Source of the DNA: the human T2T-CHM13v2.0 reference genome, Homo sapiens
Length of the DNA stretch: 64,000 bases
NCBI RefSeq assembly: GCF_009914755.1
Contig: NC_060928.1
Direction: 5' to 3' (one strand)
Below the pieces are notes generated by a model. That model did not search any database and was not told the origin of the DNA. It was given only the letters and a program-made list of their open reading frames with translations. This document shows, in pieces, positions 27,112 through 47,301 of the stretch; the first letter of the stretch is position 1, and every line of letters begins with the position of its first letter. The position numbers and the translations under genes were made by a program.

Positions 27112-27857
27112 TTAGGGAAACACCTGGACACTTGTAGATCCATGAATTTGACTCAACTTCTAACTTCAACACTTATTTCAAAAATTAGTTGAATATAAGT
27201 TTTATAAAATAGAAAATTTTATTAATGACTTACATTTGAATAAACATTTGACCAGATACAAAATTATAGATTCCATTGCTTTTAAAAAATGTTTTAAACC
27301 CTTTTGCACCAACATCTGGCATACCTATGAAAAGATTAGATCTTGAAAAATTTAGTATCAATCGGATTCATATAGCTGGAATACCATCAAGACAACATTG
27401 GAGACTGTTAAGTGAGGAATTATGAAAGACAGGTGGAGAATGATCCCTGGTGAGCATTTCCTCAGCCATCTCCATAAAGGAGACTTTGACAAATATTACA
27501 AGGTGTTGCAGAGCAGCTGAAGATGAAGCCCTGACTTGAAAAGTTGAGTGATGATAGTAAAACAAGAAGCACATTATCTACAGTTTTCTGTGAATTTCAG
27601 GATGTGTTCATTCCCCAGCTATGCTACCATTTTTCTCTCTACCTTACCCCCATTTGTGCTCCCCCTCCACAATTAGGAATTTGAATTTTAAAAACAAACA
27701 CTGTAAATAGAAGTGTTTTTTAAAAATCTTTTTTCTGTAATACTATCAGATTTTTCTAAGACAATGAACACAGAGCTAGTTTCTTCCTAAAACCAGAGTA
27801 AGAAAAAGGAAAATACAGAGAAAGAAAAGTATTATGGAATTTAATAACTGAAAATAT

Positions 27858-29296
27858 TGAGAGGTGACAGCGTGCTGGCAGCCCTCGCTTGCTCTCGGCA
27901 CCTCCTCGGCCTCAGCAACCACTCTGGCCACGCTTGAGGAGCCCTTCAGCCCGACACTGCACTGGGGGAGCCCCTTTCTGGGCTGGTCGAGGCTGGAGCA
28001 GGCTCCTTCAGCTTGCGGGGAGGTGTGGAGGGAGAGGTGTGGGCAGGAACTGGGGCTGAGTGCAGTGCCTGTGGGCCAGCGCAAGTTCTGGGGGCATGGG
28101 CTCTGCGGCCCTGCACTCGGAGCGGCCAGCCGGCCCCGCTGGCCCCAGGCAGTGAGGGGCTTAGCACCCAGGCCAGCAGCTGCGGAGGGTGTGCCAGGTC
28201 CCCCAGCAGTGCCAGCCCACTGGCACTGTGCTCGATTTCTTGCAGGGCCTTAGCTGCCTCCCTGCGGGGCAGGGCTCGGGACCTGCAGCCCACCATGCCT
28301 GAGCCTCCCCCAAACTCCCTGGGCTCCTGTGAAGCCCAAGCCTCCCCAACGAGCCCCACCCCCTGCTCCATGGCACCTGGTCCCATTGACCGCCCAAGGG
28401 CTGGGGAGTGTGGGTGCAAGGCTTGGGACTGGCAGGCAGCTCCACCTGTGGCCCAAGTGCAGGATCCACTGGGTGAAGCCAGCTGGGCTCCTGAGTCTAG
28501 CAGGGACTTGGAGAACCTTTATGTCTAGCTAAGGGATTGTAAATACACCAATCAGCACTCTGTATCTAGCCCAGGGTTTGTAAATACACCAATCAGCACC
28601 CTGTGTCTAGCTCAAGGTTTGTAAATGCACCAATCAGCACTCTGTGTCTAGCTGATCTGGTGGGGACTTGGAGAACCTTTATGTCTAGCTAAGGGATTGT
28701 GAATACACCAATCGGCACTCTGTATCTAGCTCAGGGTTTGTAAATACACCAATCAGCACTCTTTATCTAGCTGATCTGGTGGGGACTTGGAGAACTTTTG
28801 TGTCTAGCTCAGGGATTGTAAACACACCAATCAGCACCCTTTCAAAACGGACCAATCAGCTCTCTGTAAAACAGACCAATCAGCTCTCTGTAAAATGGAC
28901 CGATCAGCAGGGTGTGGGTGGGGCATGATAAGGGAATAAAAGCAGGCTACCTGAGCCAGCACTGGCAACCCCCTAGGGTCCCCTTCCACACTGTGGAAAC
29001 CTTGTTCTTTTGCTCTTTGCAATAAATCTTGCTGCTGCTCACTCTTTGGGTCCACACTGCCTTTATGAGCTGTAACGCTCACCACGAAGGTCTGCAGCTT
29101 CACTCCTGAAGCCAGCGAGACCATGAACCCACCAGAAGGAAGAAACTCTGAACACATTCAGCGAGACCACGAACCCACCGGGAGGAATGAACAAACTCCA
29201 GACACGCCGCCTTTAAGAACTGTAACACTCACTGTGAGGGTTCGCGGCTTCATTCTTGAAGTCAGTGAGACCAAGAACCCACCAATTCTGGACACA
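27858..29296 (+). mobile_element. Solo LTR12 (LTR12C/D/E, ERV9), ~1.44 kb
   Basis: tgagaggtgacagcgtgctggc start, ...ccaattctggacaca end, 4-bp TSD atat (27854-27857 and 29297-29300), GC-rich U3. Confidence 0.96.
28520..28945 (+). promoter_or_regulatory. LTR12 U3 tandem repeats: 8 CCAAT (NF-Y) boxes, GATA (tatct) motifs and a TATA-like aataaaa
   Basis: Eight accaatc copies counted between ~28547 and ~28881. gggaataaaagc at ~28932. Confidence 0.7.
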
Positions 29297-30559
29297 ATAT
29301 CATTTCTCCTTATAAATTACCTGTATGACAAAGTTTAAACCTTTGTTTGGGTATATAGGTGACAAATATCAGGTCTTATTAGTTAAAGACTGTATACCTG
29401 AGAAGGTAATTTTAACCCATATGAGAGTGACATGAGTTAGCAAAGGACAATGTTATTAAGTTAAATCAATGATAAAATATTCACTGGTATAAGAAAAATG
29501 TATTACAGATTATAAGTGGTTCAGTGAGATTCAAAAACATGGTTAATAATTTTAGTGAATGAATATTAGATGCAGTATATTTAGGGAGAATGATAAAAGT
29601 CTAACTTTTAAATTCATAATAGTGTGGTTTAATTTGATGCAAGAGGCAGCTGAGAAACACGGTAGGATTTTTTTTTTTTAAAGATCACTAAATGAATCTT
29701 ACTCTTAGTATTCTTAGGATAGACGTGACAGGAAAACACTTGAAAAGAAAAACTGATCTAAATCCCAAAGGCAAACAATAACAGAACCTACATGCTGGTA
29801 GAATTATTCTTGAAAAAATAGATAGGTATCAGCAGTGACATGTGACATAGCACTCCTTGTATATCATTTTACTCTCATTGTTCTGCTTCACATATCATGA
29901 CACTTGACATCTATGAATTGATTGAAGAGGAAAAAGAAAGCAGACTGCCTCAAAACGTTGACCTATAATGCCTGGCCATGTGAGAAGCCAACTTTCCTCC
30001 CAGTGTCAGGAGGATAATGAGAGCAGGAGGAGGCAGCAGCAACTCATTCGGTTGCAAGAGGGACAACGGAATCCTGTTATTTTTATAATGGCAATCATCA
30101 CTTTAAAGGTTACTTTCGGGCTATGACTGAGAAAGTTAGTCACTTAATCTCAAAGTTAGGAACCACTCAGAGAGAAAACCACAAGGCAGTATTTCCCTTA
30201 GAAATAACTTTGCAGGATAATAGGTTTATATCATGATTGTATAACCTAATCTCAGGATGTTAATACTGTCTAAACCATGAATTTTTATTCATTCCTTATT
30301 TTATGACAGAGCACATTCTCAAACATCTGTAATATACAAATATGACATAATGACAATGAGGCAATATAACTTATTTCTCTTAATTTCATTTCTCTGGACA
30401 ACAGCTACATTCAGGCATTTTCTCCCAGATGATGTTGTCTGGTATGCTAATATGTATTCTTTTAAACTTCTTGTATCAATGCTACCTGCACACATGTGTT
30501 TTAGGTCATTCATTTTTTTCCATTGTAAAAACAGTCACTTATGTGGGACTAATAATTAG

Positions 30560-30720
30560 GATGGGAAGTAACCTAATTCTTGCCTCAATTTCCTCATCTG
30601 TCAAATGGGCCTAATAATGTTAATAGTACTAGTTTCATAAATTATAAAAAGATTAAGTTAGTTAATAGGAATAAAAACTTAAAATAATGTCCAGGACATA
30701 GTAATTATTCAACAAATAGA
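30560..30720 (+). mobile_element. MIR
   Basis: gcctcaatttcctcatctgtcaaatggg core. Confidence 0.75.
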
Positions 30721-31249
30721 TACAATTAATTTCAATATGACAACTTGTCCAAAACGTTTGAATTTTTATATTTCTAGGAAAAGATTGCACAATCCCAATG
30801 TGATTCCTTGAGATTCTTTGTATGTGTCACAATCATTCATTTACATTTGTTACTTCATTTAGTATACCATACATCCATTATAATTCTTATTCCAATTTAA
30901 TTCTCCTCTTTCTCTACTTCAGAGAACCAAAATTTGAAGATATGCCCATGAGAGTTTATTATTATACATATGGCAAAAATTGGTTATTTCTGTGATATAC
31001 AATGTTTTAAGTAATTGAAATTATGACTGATAACATTATATCAAGGCATATCAGGTATCTAGGAATTTATTCAATTTCCGGGACACTTCCTTTAATGACA
31101 TGTATACATATGAATATAACATAAGGAGCATTTAATGTCACTTCTTATCTGCAGTGTTCCCCGTGTGATTTAACATATCAAATAAACTTACTTAGATTAA
31201 CATGTCTTTTTTTAAAGACCTCATATGGAGTTTTATTTTGGAAAGTTTG

Positions 31250-31900
31250 TCAAACATCTAAGTGAAGATTTTGATTGTACTATTCATTATACAAATCTGA
31301 AGTTTAGGGGAGTAGTTTGGGCTAGTGATAAACTTTTGAAGTTTATGAGCATATAGATAATACTTCAAGACCTGAAACTTGATGGATAATGAAGGAATAA
31401 GGACAGGGAAGAAGGTCCAATAACTAATCCCTGAGGCATTCCAATATTTCTTATTGTAGACTCTGAGGAGGAACAAACAAAGATGGCTAAGAAGAATTTT
31501 CCAGCAAAGTAGGAACAATGCCAAAAATGTGTACTACCCAAGAAATAAAATGATGAAAGTTTTTAAAAATTGAAAGAGATTTTGATTTTTATATTGAATA
31601 AGAATGGGGTCTGAGAATTATCCATTGGATTTCATAATTTGAAGATCACTCTGAGTGGGGATTAGAGTGATATAAATACAAACCTGATTAGAACAAAGTG
31701 AAAAGACAATGAAAAGCTAGAACATGGACATTGCTGGCAATGACAATTCTTATGAGAAGTTTGAAAGAAAACATAGAATGGGATTTGAGGTCAAATTTTT
31801 TTAAATACAAAATGTACTTTTTCAAGTTTATTTTTTGATGGGATTTATCTAGTAGAAATGGAAACTTTAGAATGCATGGAATAATATTTTATGACCCTAT
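31250..31900 (-). mobile_element. L2 relic
   Basis: tctgaagtttaggggagtagtttgggctagtgataaacttttgaagtttatgagcatatagat resembles antisense L2. Confidence 0.65.
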
Positions 31901-31929
31901 CATATAAGAAGATAAGATGAGTTTCAATT

Positions 31930-33290
31930 AAATACACTTTGGGTGGCTCCACTGGGTAAAGGAGTTCATGGATCCATGATTTTGGGTGGCTCTACTGCTC
32001 ACAGCACACACAGCAGCTCCCTGGGGGACCCCACACATAAGGCACTGGGTGAGGGTATCATGGTCTGCCAAACCAGAGAGGAACTAGCTCTCAACCCCTC
32101 CCTTACACTCTGGGCCTCTGGCAAGAATGGCAGTCACAGTGATTGTTGAATTGCCTTCCAGGGTCATTCTTTCCTTGTCCTAAAGAACAGCACCTGGCAT
32201 CTATTGAGATCATTGGTTAAGCCAGTGTGTTATATACCTACAAATCTCCTTATCAAATGGTTGTTTTAGCCACACTCTTAGTGTTCTCTTATAAACAGGA
32301 TTTTTGGCAATATAGATAGGCTGAGAATTTTCCAAATCTTTCAGTTGTTGTTCCTTCTTGCTTAATAATTCCATTTTCATATACTTTTTCTCTTCTTCCA
32401 TTTTAATATAAGCATTTTCATATATGAAGAAACAAACAACTTCTTAAATAGTTCCATAAAAATCTCCTTAGCTAAATATCCAATTTCATCTCTTAAAATT
32501 TGTACCTTCCATAAAACATTAAAATATGAGCATGACTCAGTCAAGTTCTTTGCCATTGTTTAACAAGGAATCCTTTCTTTCCACTTTCCAATAACATGTT
32601 CCTCATTTGTGTCTGGGAACATGAGTTTGGACTTCATTGCCCATATTTTTCCCAACGTTCTTTAGATGATTATTTATGTATTTTCTAAGGAAATGAAAGC
32701 TTTTACGACTTTCCCCCTTTCTCTCTGAGCTCTCATTAGAAAGAATCACCACACCATGGAATACTCTGCAGCCATAACAAAGGATAAGTTCATGTTCTTT
32801 ACAGGGACATCAATGAAACTGTTAGTTTGCATTATCAGCAACTAACACAAGAACAGAAAACCAAATATCACATGTTCTCACTCATAAGTGGGAATGGAAC
32901 AATGAGAACACATGGACACAGGGAGGGGAACATCACCCACCAGTGTATGTTGGGGGAGTGGGGCTAGGGGAGGGATAGCATTAGGAGAAATACCTAATGT
33001 AGGTGACGGGTTGATGGGTGCAGCAAACCACCGTGGCACATGTATACCTATGTAACAAAACTGCACGTTCTGCACATGTACCCCAGAACATAAAGTATAT
33101 AAATACATACATACATACATACATACATACATACATACATACATACACAAAAGTCCATTCACAGCAATGTAGGCTTTTCCTAGTATGGAGCACAAAACTC
33201 TTCCAGCCTCTACCTACTGCCAGTTTAAATGCTGCTTTCATATTTTTAAGTATTTGTTAGAGAAGCACCTAAGCTTCTCAATACAAACTT
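31930..33290 (-). mobile_element. MLT1A-type MaLR internal region, interrupted by L1PA7
   Basis: Antisense MaLR-int abutting the LTR at 33291. Confidence 0.75.
32750..33146 (+). mobile_element. L1PA7-like 3' end with (ATAC)11 tail
   Basis: ggagaaatacctaatgtaggtgacgggttgatgggtgcagcaaaccacc. Tail 33103-33146 is (ATAC)11. Confidence 0.92.
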
Positions 33291-33638
33291 TCATCTTAGC
33301 CTGGATTGTTGTAACAAAGTATAACAGATTGAATAGCTTAAACAACAGAAATTCGTTTCTCAAAGTTCTGGAGGCTGGAAGTCTGAGATTAGGGTGCCAG
33401 CATGGTCAGATACTGGAGAGAGCCCACTTCTTGGTTGCAGACTGCTATCTTCTTGCATCCTCACATCACAGAAACAGGACCACATAGCTCTCTGGGATCC
33501 CTTTGAAAAGAACATTAAACCACTTATGACCTCATGATCTAATTACCTCTCAAAGGCCCACCCTCCTAGTATCATCACATTGGGGATTAGAATTTCAACA
33601 TATGAATTTTTGGGAAAAATTAACATTCAGCATATAAC
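33291..33638 (-). mobile_element. MLT1A/MLT1A0 LTR
   Basis: gcttaaacaacagaaatt...ttctggaggctggaagtc...aatttcaacatatgaattttt. Confidence 0.85.
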
Positions 33639-33639
33639 A

Positions 33640-39170
<5,531 letters not shown>

Positions 39171-41808
39171 AAGCACTTCATGCTTACTACCCTCTTCTTT
39201 CAACTACATAGCTGCTTAAATTTTATTTTCTAATATGGTAGCCATAATTTTGATTGAACTTACATATTTACAACTCCTCATCCATGTATTTACAACCCAT
39301 TATTAATACTGAGTTACCTTTTTACTTGTTTATTTCATCCATTACACCTCATTTGTTACTATTATTAGTCTCAGATTATAACCATGTTTCCAGTTTCTGG
39401 AGATTATTTCATCTCTGCATATTAAACGTAACATTTGTATTACTACTCTTTCTCATTGTCATCTAAAAATACTTAGTCTATAATGTGGGAATTATTTCAA
39501 TTTGTTGCTTTTATTAAAAAAACATTTTTTGGCTAGATGATACTTTTCAAATCACCTACATAGAATAGTTATCCTATAAACTTGCAAATTAAGCATTTTA
39601 GCATACAGAATTTTTAGGGAGGGGATCTGGTATTATTGGATGAATCAAAGACACTGTTGGCAGAAATCTAACATCCAGGATCTTATATTATTTAATAGTA
39701 CTTAGATGGTTAAGCTCCATCAATTAACTTGACTATCATTATTCTTCCAGTAAACATGGATGAAGAGATTAAATACTAGGCTTGGTGAGCTTTAAATTTC
39801 CAAATGGCTACAGCGTCTATGATTCTATGGGTCCTTTAATGGTGAAGGAAGCCCTTCGCTTGAACAGTGTATCAATTAGTGATACTTTCAGCTGTAAATG
39901 GCAGAAAAACCAATTGGCTTCATCAATCAGAGGCTTACACATAACAAGGCAAATGTTGGTAGGGAGCTCTGTTGGCAAGGGATTTCATTCTTCATTGGCA
40001 CAAGATCACTTACTTAACTCCAAGGCAGGAAGTGGAGATTTACCAGAGAGAAGAATGCAAAATATTTCCCTAGAGTACCTTAGTGTACTTACACTTAGCA
40101 TGTCATTGGTATGACTGGTATACATTCAGTTTTAATTACAAACAATATGGCTAAAATAATTACTGCCTCTATATTGGAGGTGGAGAAGGTAGAATTTTTA
40201 CTGAGTTAATTAACCAGCTATATCTTCAAATAGCATAAAAGAAGTAAACTGTAATATGCTTAAAATATGTATGTCCTCTGTCAACATAGTGTTCACATTT
40301 ACTGTAGATATTTAAAACAAATATAGCTTATGTTTGAATCTAATTAAGTATATTTATAATGCTATTTGTTTAGTACTACTAATAATCCATTGGCAGCTAC
40401 ATATATTAATGTTATATGTAAATTTTTCTTACAAATAAACACAAGGTATATTTTTATACTTAGATTAAAATTATTTCTTAATGAGTTAAAAGAGTTTATA
40501 ATATTACCACTATTACTCTTTTTTGTGGTACCTTTTGTTGGCAAATGCAATGTTTCTATTTGTGCATGAGTCTCTGACTGTGTATGTTTATTCATGTAAT
40601 GTTAATTCTTGCAACAAACCTCAAAGAAACACCATTGTCCATATTTTATACAGAATAGAACTAAGATTTAAAATGACAAATTAAGTGTCATAGGTCTCAT
40701 AGTTAAAAATAGAATAACTATTCAATTCTAGACCTAGCTAACTCAAAGACCACAAAATAGAATACAGACACAAAGATCTCCAAAAATAGAGACTGGGAGA
40801 AATTTTCTCCTGTCTTCTAAGGACTCATTTTATATTTTGTGTCAGTTATTCCCGTGAAAATAGTTTGGAGTCATGTGCACAAGGTTTACCAAAAAAAAGC
40901 AAAAAACAAAAAAGAGAACAAAAATAAAATACATGTTTGACAACAACGGGAGTAAATCCATTGAAAAAAAATGAAATTATCTCTTCCTACAAAATGCATT
41001 CTTTCAGAAAAAGCAATAGTTACAATTGCTTTATCTAGTTTAATATAGCATGTATTGGTGAATGGAAAAAGCACTACATAAAATGATTACTTCTTGTCGT
41101 GCCTGAAGGTTAAATGTTGTCAACAGTTCTCTTTTTTATTTTTCAAAATCTTCTTGTCTCTTGGCATTTAAGAATTTTAAAAAGTTAATAAAAGACAGAG
41201 TTTTACTTCATTTAAGTTTATAATAAATAATTTAGAATGATTCTCTAGGGTATATACTGTTGAAAACATACTAATTCAGAGATAAACTATCAACTCATGT
41301 AGTTGTGGATGCATTATAGTGTATTTCATTTCAATAAAAATAATAGTGTGTGCCAGATGCTATAAGGCAGAAAACCTTGCCAAAAACCAGTGGAGGAGAC
41401 AATGTTTGTAATGATTTCCCTTGACAAGCCATGTTTGAGCGTCTGAAAGTTGTAAAAGAAAAATAACATATAGAATAGACCCTGTCTTGGCAAAACTCCA
41501 AGAATTCATGTTGAGTTTAATGGATTGGAAAGTACTATAAATAAGTCATGACTCAATATTAAGCAAAGATCTCTTCCTGGGAACTAAACAATGCATACAG
41601 ATAAATATCTGAAAGAGCACAAGTTATTATGTTTCTATAAATAGAATTTATTTAAAAAGGGGCTATGTCGAAAGCACATGTACAAAAAGGAAAATGAATT
41701 GCTTTTTGCTTTTTTAAACATCTTTAAGCACATTCCCAATTATTTTCTATTTCCTTAAAAAAGTCACTTACATACATATAAGAAAAGCTTCTTATATAGG
41801 ATCAATAC

Positions 41809-44800
41809 ATTTTATTGATGCATAATAATTTTACATATTTATGGAGTACATATGGTATTTTGATACATATATACAATTTGTAGTAATCAAGTCTGAGTAT
41901 TTAAGATATCCATCATATGAAAAATGTATCATTTCTTTGTGTTGGGAACATTTCCAATATTCTCTTCTAGCTATTTTGAAATATACTGTAAATTATTAAT
42001 AACTGTATTCACCCTACTATGCTATCGAACACTAGAACTTACACCTTTTATCTAACTGCATGTTTGTACCCATTACATCCCAATCCCACCCTTGCAAGTC
42101 TCTGATAATCAACTTTATACTCTTTACCTCAATGAGATGAGATTTTTAGCTTCCACATATGAGTGAGAACATGCAATATTTGTCTTTCTGTGCCTGGCTT
42201 ATTTCACTTAACATATGTAACATATGACTTCCAGTTCCATCAAGTTATTGAAAATGCAAAATTATTTTTCTTTTTAGGACTTAGTTGTATTCCATTGTGT
42301 ATACTTACTACATTCTCCATCCATTCATCTATTGATGAATACTTAGATTGACTCCATATCTTGGTTACTGTGAATAATGCTGCAATAAATATGGGAGTGC
42401 AGATGTCTCCTCAGCATACTGATTTCCTATCTTTTGGATATATATGCAGTAGTGGAATTGCTGGATCATGTGGTAGTTCTATTTATAGTTTTGGGAGAAA
42501 CCTCCATACTCTTTTCCATAGCAGTTATACTGATTTATATTACCACCAATAGTGTAGGAATGTAGGATGTCCCCTTTCTCCACATCCTTTTCAGCATTTG
42601 CTATTTTTTTTGTGTTTCTTATAATAGGCATTCTAATTGGGGTGAAATGATATCTTGTGGTGGTTTTGAGTGGCATTTTTCTGATGATTAGCAATGTTGA
42701 ACATTTTTCCATATACCTGTTGGTCATTTATATGTCTTCTTTTGAGAAATGTCTACTTATATTCTCTGCCCACTTATTAATAGCAGTATTTGTTTTTTGC
42801 CGATGAGTTGTTTGAGTTCCTTGTATATTCTAGATATTAGTTCCTTGTTAGATGATTAGTCTGCAAATATTTTCTCCCATTCTACAGGATGTATTTTCAC
42901 TCTGTTGATTTTTTCCTCTGTTATGCAGAGGCTTTTGAGTTTAATATAGTGCCATTTGTTCCTTTTTGGTTTTGTTTCCTGTCCTTGTGAAGTCCTAGCC
43001 ATAAAATATTTGCTTAGAGTAATATCCTAAAGTGTTTCCTTTACATTTTCTTCAAGTAGTTATATAGGTTTTAATCCTATGTTTAAATTTTTAATCCATT
43101 TTGAATTGATTGTTGTATGTGGAAAAGATAAGGGTCTAGTTTCATTCTTTAGCAAGTGGATATAAAGCTTGAGAAACACCATTTGTTAAAGAAGGGGTGC
43201 TTTCCCAAATGTGTATTTCTGGCAGCTGTGTCAAAAGTCAGTTGGCTGTAAATACTTGAACTTCTTTCTAGGTGCTCTTTTCTGTCCCATTGGTCTATGT
43301 ATCTGTTTTACTGTGTTGTCCTGGCTACTAAAACTTTGCTGTATATTTTAAAGTCAGGAAGAGTGATGCCTCTAGGGTTTTTTTCTCTTTGTTCAGGATT
43401 GTTTTGCTTATCTGATGTCTTTTGTGGCTCTATACAAACTTTAATTTAGCTTTTTTTTCTATTCCTCTGAAGAATATCATTGGTACTTTGATAGGGATTG
43501 ATCTGAATGTATAGATTGCTATGGCTAGTATGGTCACTTTAGAAGTATCTATTCTTTTGGTTCTTGAGCATAAGATGTCTTTCAATTTGTCTGTGGCCTC
43601 TTAAATTTCTTTCATTAGTGTTTTATGGTTTTTAAGGGTCTTTTACCTCTCTGGTTAAATTTATTTCTAGATATTTTGTTGGGTAGCTAGTATAAAAATG
43701 ATTATTTTCTCAATTTCTTTCTCAGCTCCTTCATTATTGGTCCATAGAAACACTACTGATTTGTATATGTTGATTTTTTTTGTCCTGCAACTTTACTGAA
43801 TCTGTTAGTTCTAAGCATATTTAGGTGGAGTTTTTAGGTGTTTCTATGTATAAGATCATGTCATCTACAGAGAGAAATCATTTGACTTTCTTTTTTTAAA
43901 TTTAGATACCTTTTATTTTTTTCTCTTGCCTGATTTCTCTGGCTTAGAATTGAGTATTATATTGAATAGGAATGTGGAAAGTGGACATCCTTGCTTGCTC
44001 TTGCTCTTAGAGGGAAAGTTTTCAGCTTTTCCCATGCATTATAATGCTATTGGTTGGTTTGTCATATATGGCCTTCGTTATATTGAGGTATGTTCCTTTT
44101 ATGCCTAGTTTGTTAAGAGTATTTATTATGAAGAGCTGCTTCAGTTTATCAAACAATTTTTCTTCATTTATTGAAATGGGAATTTGGTATTTTCCCCTTT
44201 TTCTGTTAATAAGATGTATCACACTTATTGATTTGGATACGCTGAACTATCCTAACATCCATGGGATAAATCCCATTTGATCATGGTGTATTATCTTTTT
44301 GATGTGTTGTTTGGTTTGGTTTACAAGTATTTTATTGATGATTTTACATTAATGTTGACTGGTGATGTTGGCCTGTAGTTTTTGTTGTCGTTATGTTCTT
44401 GTATGACTTGATATCATGGTAATGTTGTCCTCATACAATTAATTAGAAAAAGTTCTCTCATCTTCAATTGTTTAGAACAGTTTGAGAATAATTAGTGTTA
44501 CTTCTTTATTAATTTGGTAGAATTCGGCAGGCAACCCATTCAGTTCTGTGCTTTTCTTTCTTGGGAGACTTCTTATTACTGATTCAATTTGGTTACATAC
44601 AATTGATTTGTTCAAATTTTCTATTTCTTTCTGGTTCAGTCTGGAAGGTTGAATGTGTCTAGGAACTTCTCAGTTTTCTCTAGGTTTTCCAATTTGTTAG
44701 CCTGCAGTTGTTCATAATAGTCTATAATGATCCTTTGTATTTCTGTGGTGTCAATTGTAATGCCATTTTTTTCTCTTCTGATTTTATTTATTTGGGTTGT

Positions 44801-47301
44801 CTCTTCTTGGTTAATCTAGCTGGCAGTTTGTTGATTTTATATTTTTAAAAGACAACTTTTTGTTTCATTAATACATTGCATTTTTTAGTCTCTGTTTTGA
44901 TTAGTTCTGCTCTGATTTTCATTATTTTTTTCCTTCTAATAATTTTGGGATTGGTTTGTTCTTGCTTTTTTGGTTCCTTGAGATGCATTATTACATGTTT
45001 TATCTGAAATTCTTCTTTATTGATGTAGGAATTTATCAATATAAACTTCCTTTTTTAATTATTGTTTTCTTAAATAGGTTTTCTGTGCATTTGCTCATCT
45101 CTTCTCTTTCCAGGGCTCCCCAAATTCGAACACTTGATTGCTTTATGATATCTCATATGTCATGTAGATTTTCTTCATTCATTTTTAGACTTTTTTATCT
45201 GACTGGGTTATTTCAAAAGGCCTGTCCCCAAGTTCAGGAATTTTTTTCTTTACTTGAAATGGTCTATTTTGAAAATTTCAATTGTATTACTTATTTCATT
45301 CTTTGAATTCTTCAATTCCAGGTTTTCCATTTATTTCTTTATTTAGGATATATACCTGTACGCTGATTTTCCCCCTGATTTCTATTATCAGTGTTTTCTT
45401 GTATCTCACTGAGTTTCTTTAATATTATTTTGAAAAAAAGTTTAGGCATTTCATAGGTTACCTTTCCTTTGGAATCTGTTACTGATAATTATTGTATTCG
45501 TTTGAAGGTGTTATGTTTTCTTGCTTTTTTATATTTCTTGTGTCATTATGTTGACATATGTGCATCTGGTATAACAGTTACTTCTCATTTTGTTCATTGG
45601 TTTTGTAGTGAAAGACTTTTCTATAGATGTATCTATAGTTTTGGTTGGGTAGGGTGCTTTGGCTTTGATTCTGGGTGGGCATGGTAGTGTAGTCTCTGTA
45701 TGATTTCTTTGTAGTTAATAGTGGCATCTGTGAGTTCCTCAGAGACTTAGGTGGCATGGTTGTTAGTGACGGCTGTGTTGAGACTTTGTTGGGCATCAGG
45801 ACACCAGATGAGCTGGTCCTTTGGCACCCATGGTGGCGGCAGTGGGCCAGTAGTGCTGATTCTAATGCAACCACATGGTGCTTGTGGGCACTCGTGATGG
45901 CAGGTCCAATCAGGTGGGTCTTTGGGCCTTCAGGTGGCATGCTCAGGTGCCAACAGTGATGGTTGCAGCAGTGAGTCAGCCCTTGAGACATGACTGGCAG
46001 GTATGGGCACAAATGGTGGCAGGGGTAAGCTGGGTGGTCCAGAATCCAGGTCCCCAGGAAGTGTGAATGGGCATCAGCAGCAGGCATGCTAGGCCCACCC
46101 TTATACCTCTGGTCAGCATGCCTGTTCACCAATAGCTACAGGCAAGGCAGGCCCATTCCCCAAGGCCCTGGATGACATGCTCCAGTGAAAAAAAAATGGG
46201 CAGAGTGGACTTGTCCTCATGTACCCAGAAGACATATGTAGGATCCAGAGTTGGCAAGTAGGATGGGTTGAACCCCAGGTCCCCCAGTGACACATGTGCA
46301 TGCCAGCAGTTGTAAATGTATGTGGGGCAGACATGGCATCAGGCCCCCAGAAAGCTTACATGGGGTCTAGCAGTGGCAAGTAGGGCAGATCAATTTCTAG
46401 GTCCCTGGACAGCATGCTTGCGTACCAGTATCAACTGCAAGTGAGCACAATGGGCATGACTGCAGGCCCCAGGATGGCACACAGGTGAACCAGTCCTCCA
46501 GCTCTTTGAAGGCATTTGTAGGTGCATGGCAGCCCTGTAGCCAGAGGGTGATTGGGTTACTTTCAGTGGCAGCAGGCCCAAGTGGGCAGCTCTTAGGCTC
46601 TGGGGAGTAAACATTTTGGCTTCTTTAGTGCTGGGGGCAGACTCCCTGCTGTGATGCACTGCAATGCTCATTTTCTGAGGCATAAGACACCACATGTGCT
46701 AGAGTCCTGGGGATCTTGTCTCATCACTGAGTCCGGTAAGCATCCTGATGCTGCAGCTCTGTGAGTGGATATGGGGGATATCAACAGTGCTCTAGGGATG
46801 TGGAGATTGAGGAACAGTTAGGCTCCCAGGAAGAATATAGTCTGTTGGAGGCTGAGGTCTCAAAATGGCACTCTGATGCAGCTGCTTGGATCTCAGAGGG
46901 TGTGAGGGACCCAACCTGAACTCGTCTTAGAACAATGCCATCACCTGGACTCCCTACAGTTCTCTATACTAGTCTCAGGGTACATAAGGGCCCTAGGGGG
47001 CTCTTCTATGGCTAGAATTTTGGGAATCTGTGGTGAGAATATAAGTCACTGGGAATCTCTCATCTTTTCCCCACAGTGGAGAGCTCCTCCTGGCTCTGAG
47101 CTGATTCTGACATGGAACTGCTGTTTTGCTTCCTCTCTTTCTGTGTCTCAGAGGTTCCCTGTCACTTCCCTGCTGAATCCTGATGTTTCCTCTTGGCAGC
47201 TCAAATTGATGTATTATTATCTACTGATCGTTTTGGTTTTTCTTTGTGGAGAAGGAAAGTACTGGGTGCATCCAGTCAGATTTCATGAAGCCCTAGAAGC
47301 T
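41809..47301 (-). mobile_element. L1MA-type LINE-1 with 5' UTR and an internal deletion near 45055
   Basis: L1MA2-4-type 3' UTR, antisense ORF2, ORF1 5' part, GC-richer 5' UTR at 45700-47300. TSD taggatca(a/t)tac at 41797-41808 and 47302-47313. Confidence 0.88.

Noticed and set aside
27368-27600. Purine-rich, exon-like stretch; a similar one lies at ~29910-30080
   Set aside because: No convincing paired splice sites or recognisable protein. A lncRNA exon cannot be excluded without RNA data.
27776-28532. Overlapping 100-170 aa ORFs and a GC-rich island suggesting a gene
   Set aside because: GC-rich U3 of LTR12. Stop-poor frames on both strands are expected there.
28520-28900. Regularly spaced repeats resembling a CRISPR or msDNA-type array
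   Set aside because: Standard LTR12 U3 tandem repeats. No unique spacers, no cas genes, human DNA.
45578-46132. 184-aa minus-strand ORF
   Set aside because: Lies in the old L1 5' UTR/ORF1 start and has no recognisable domain.
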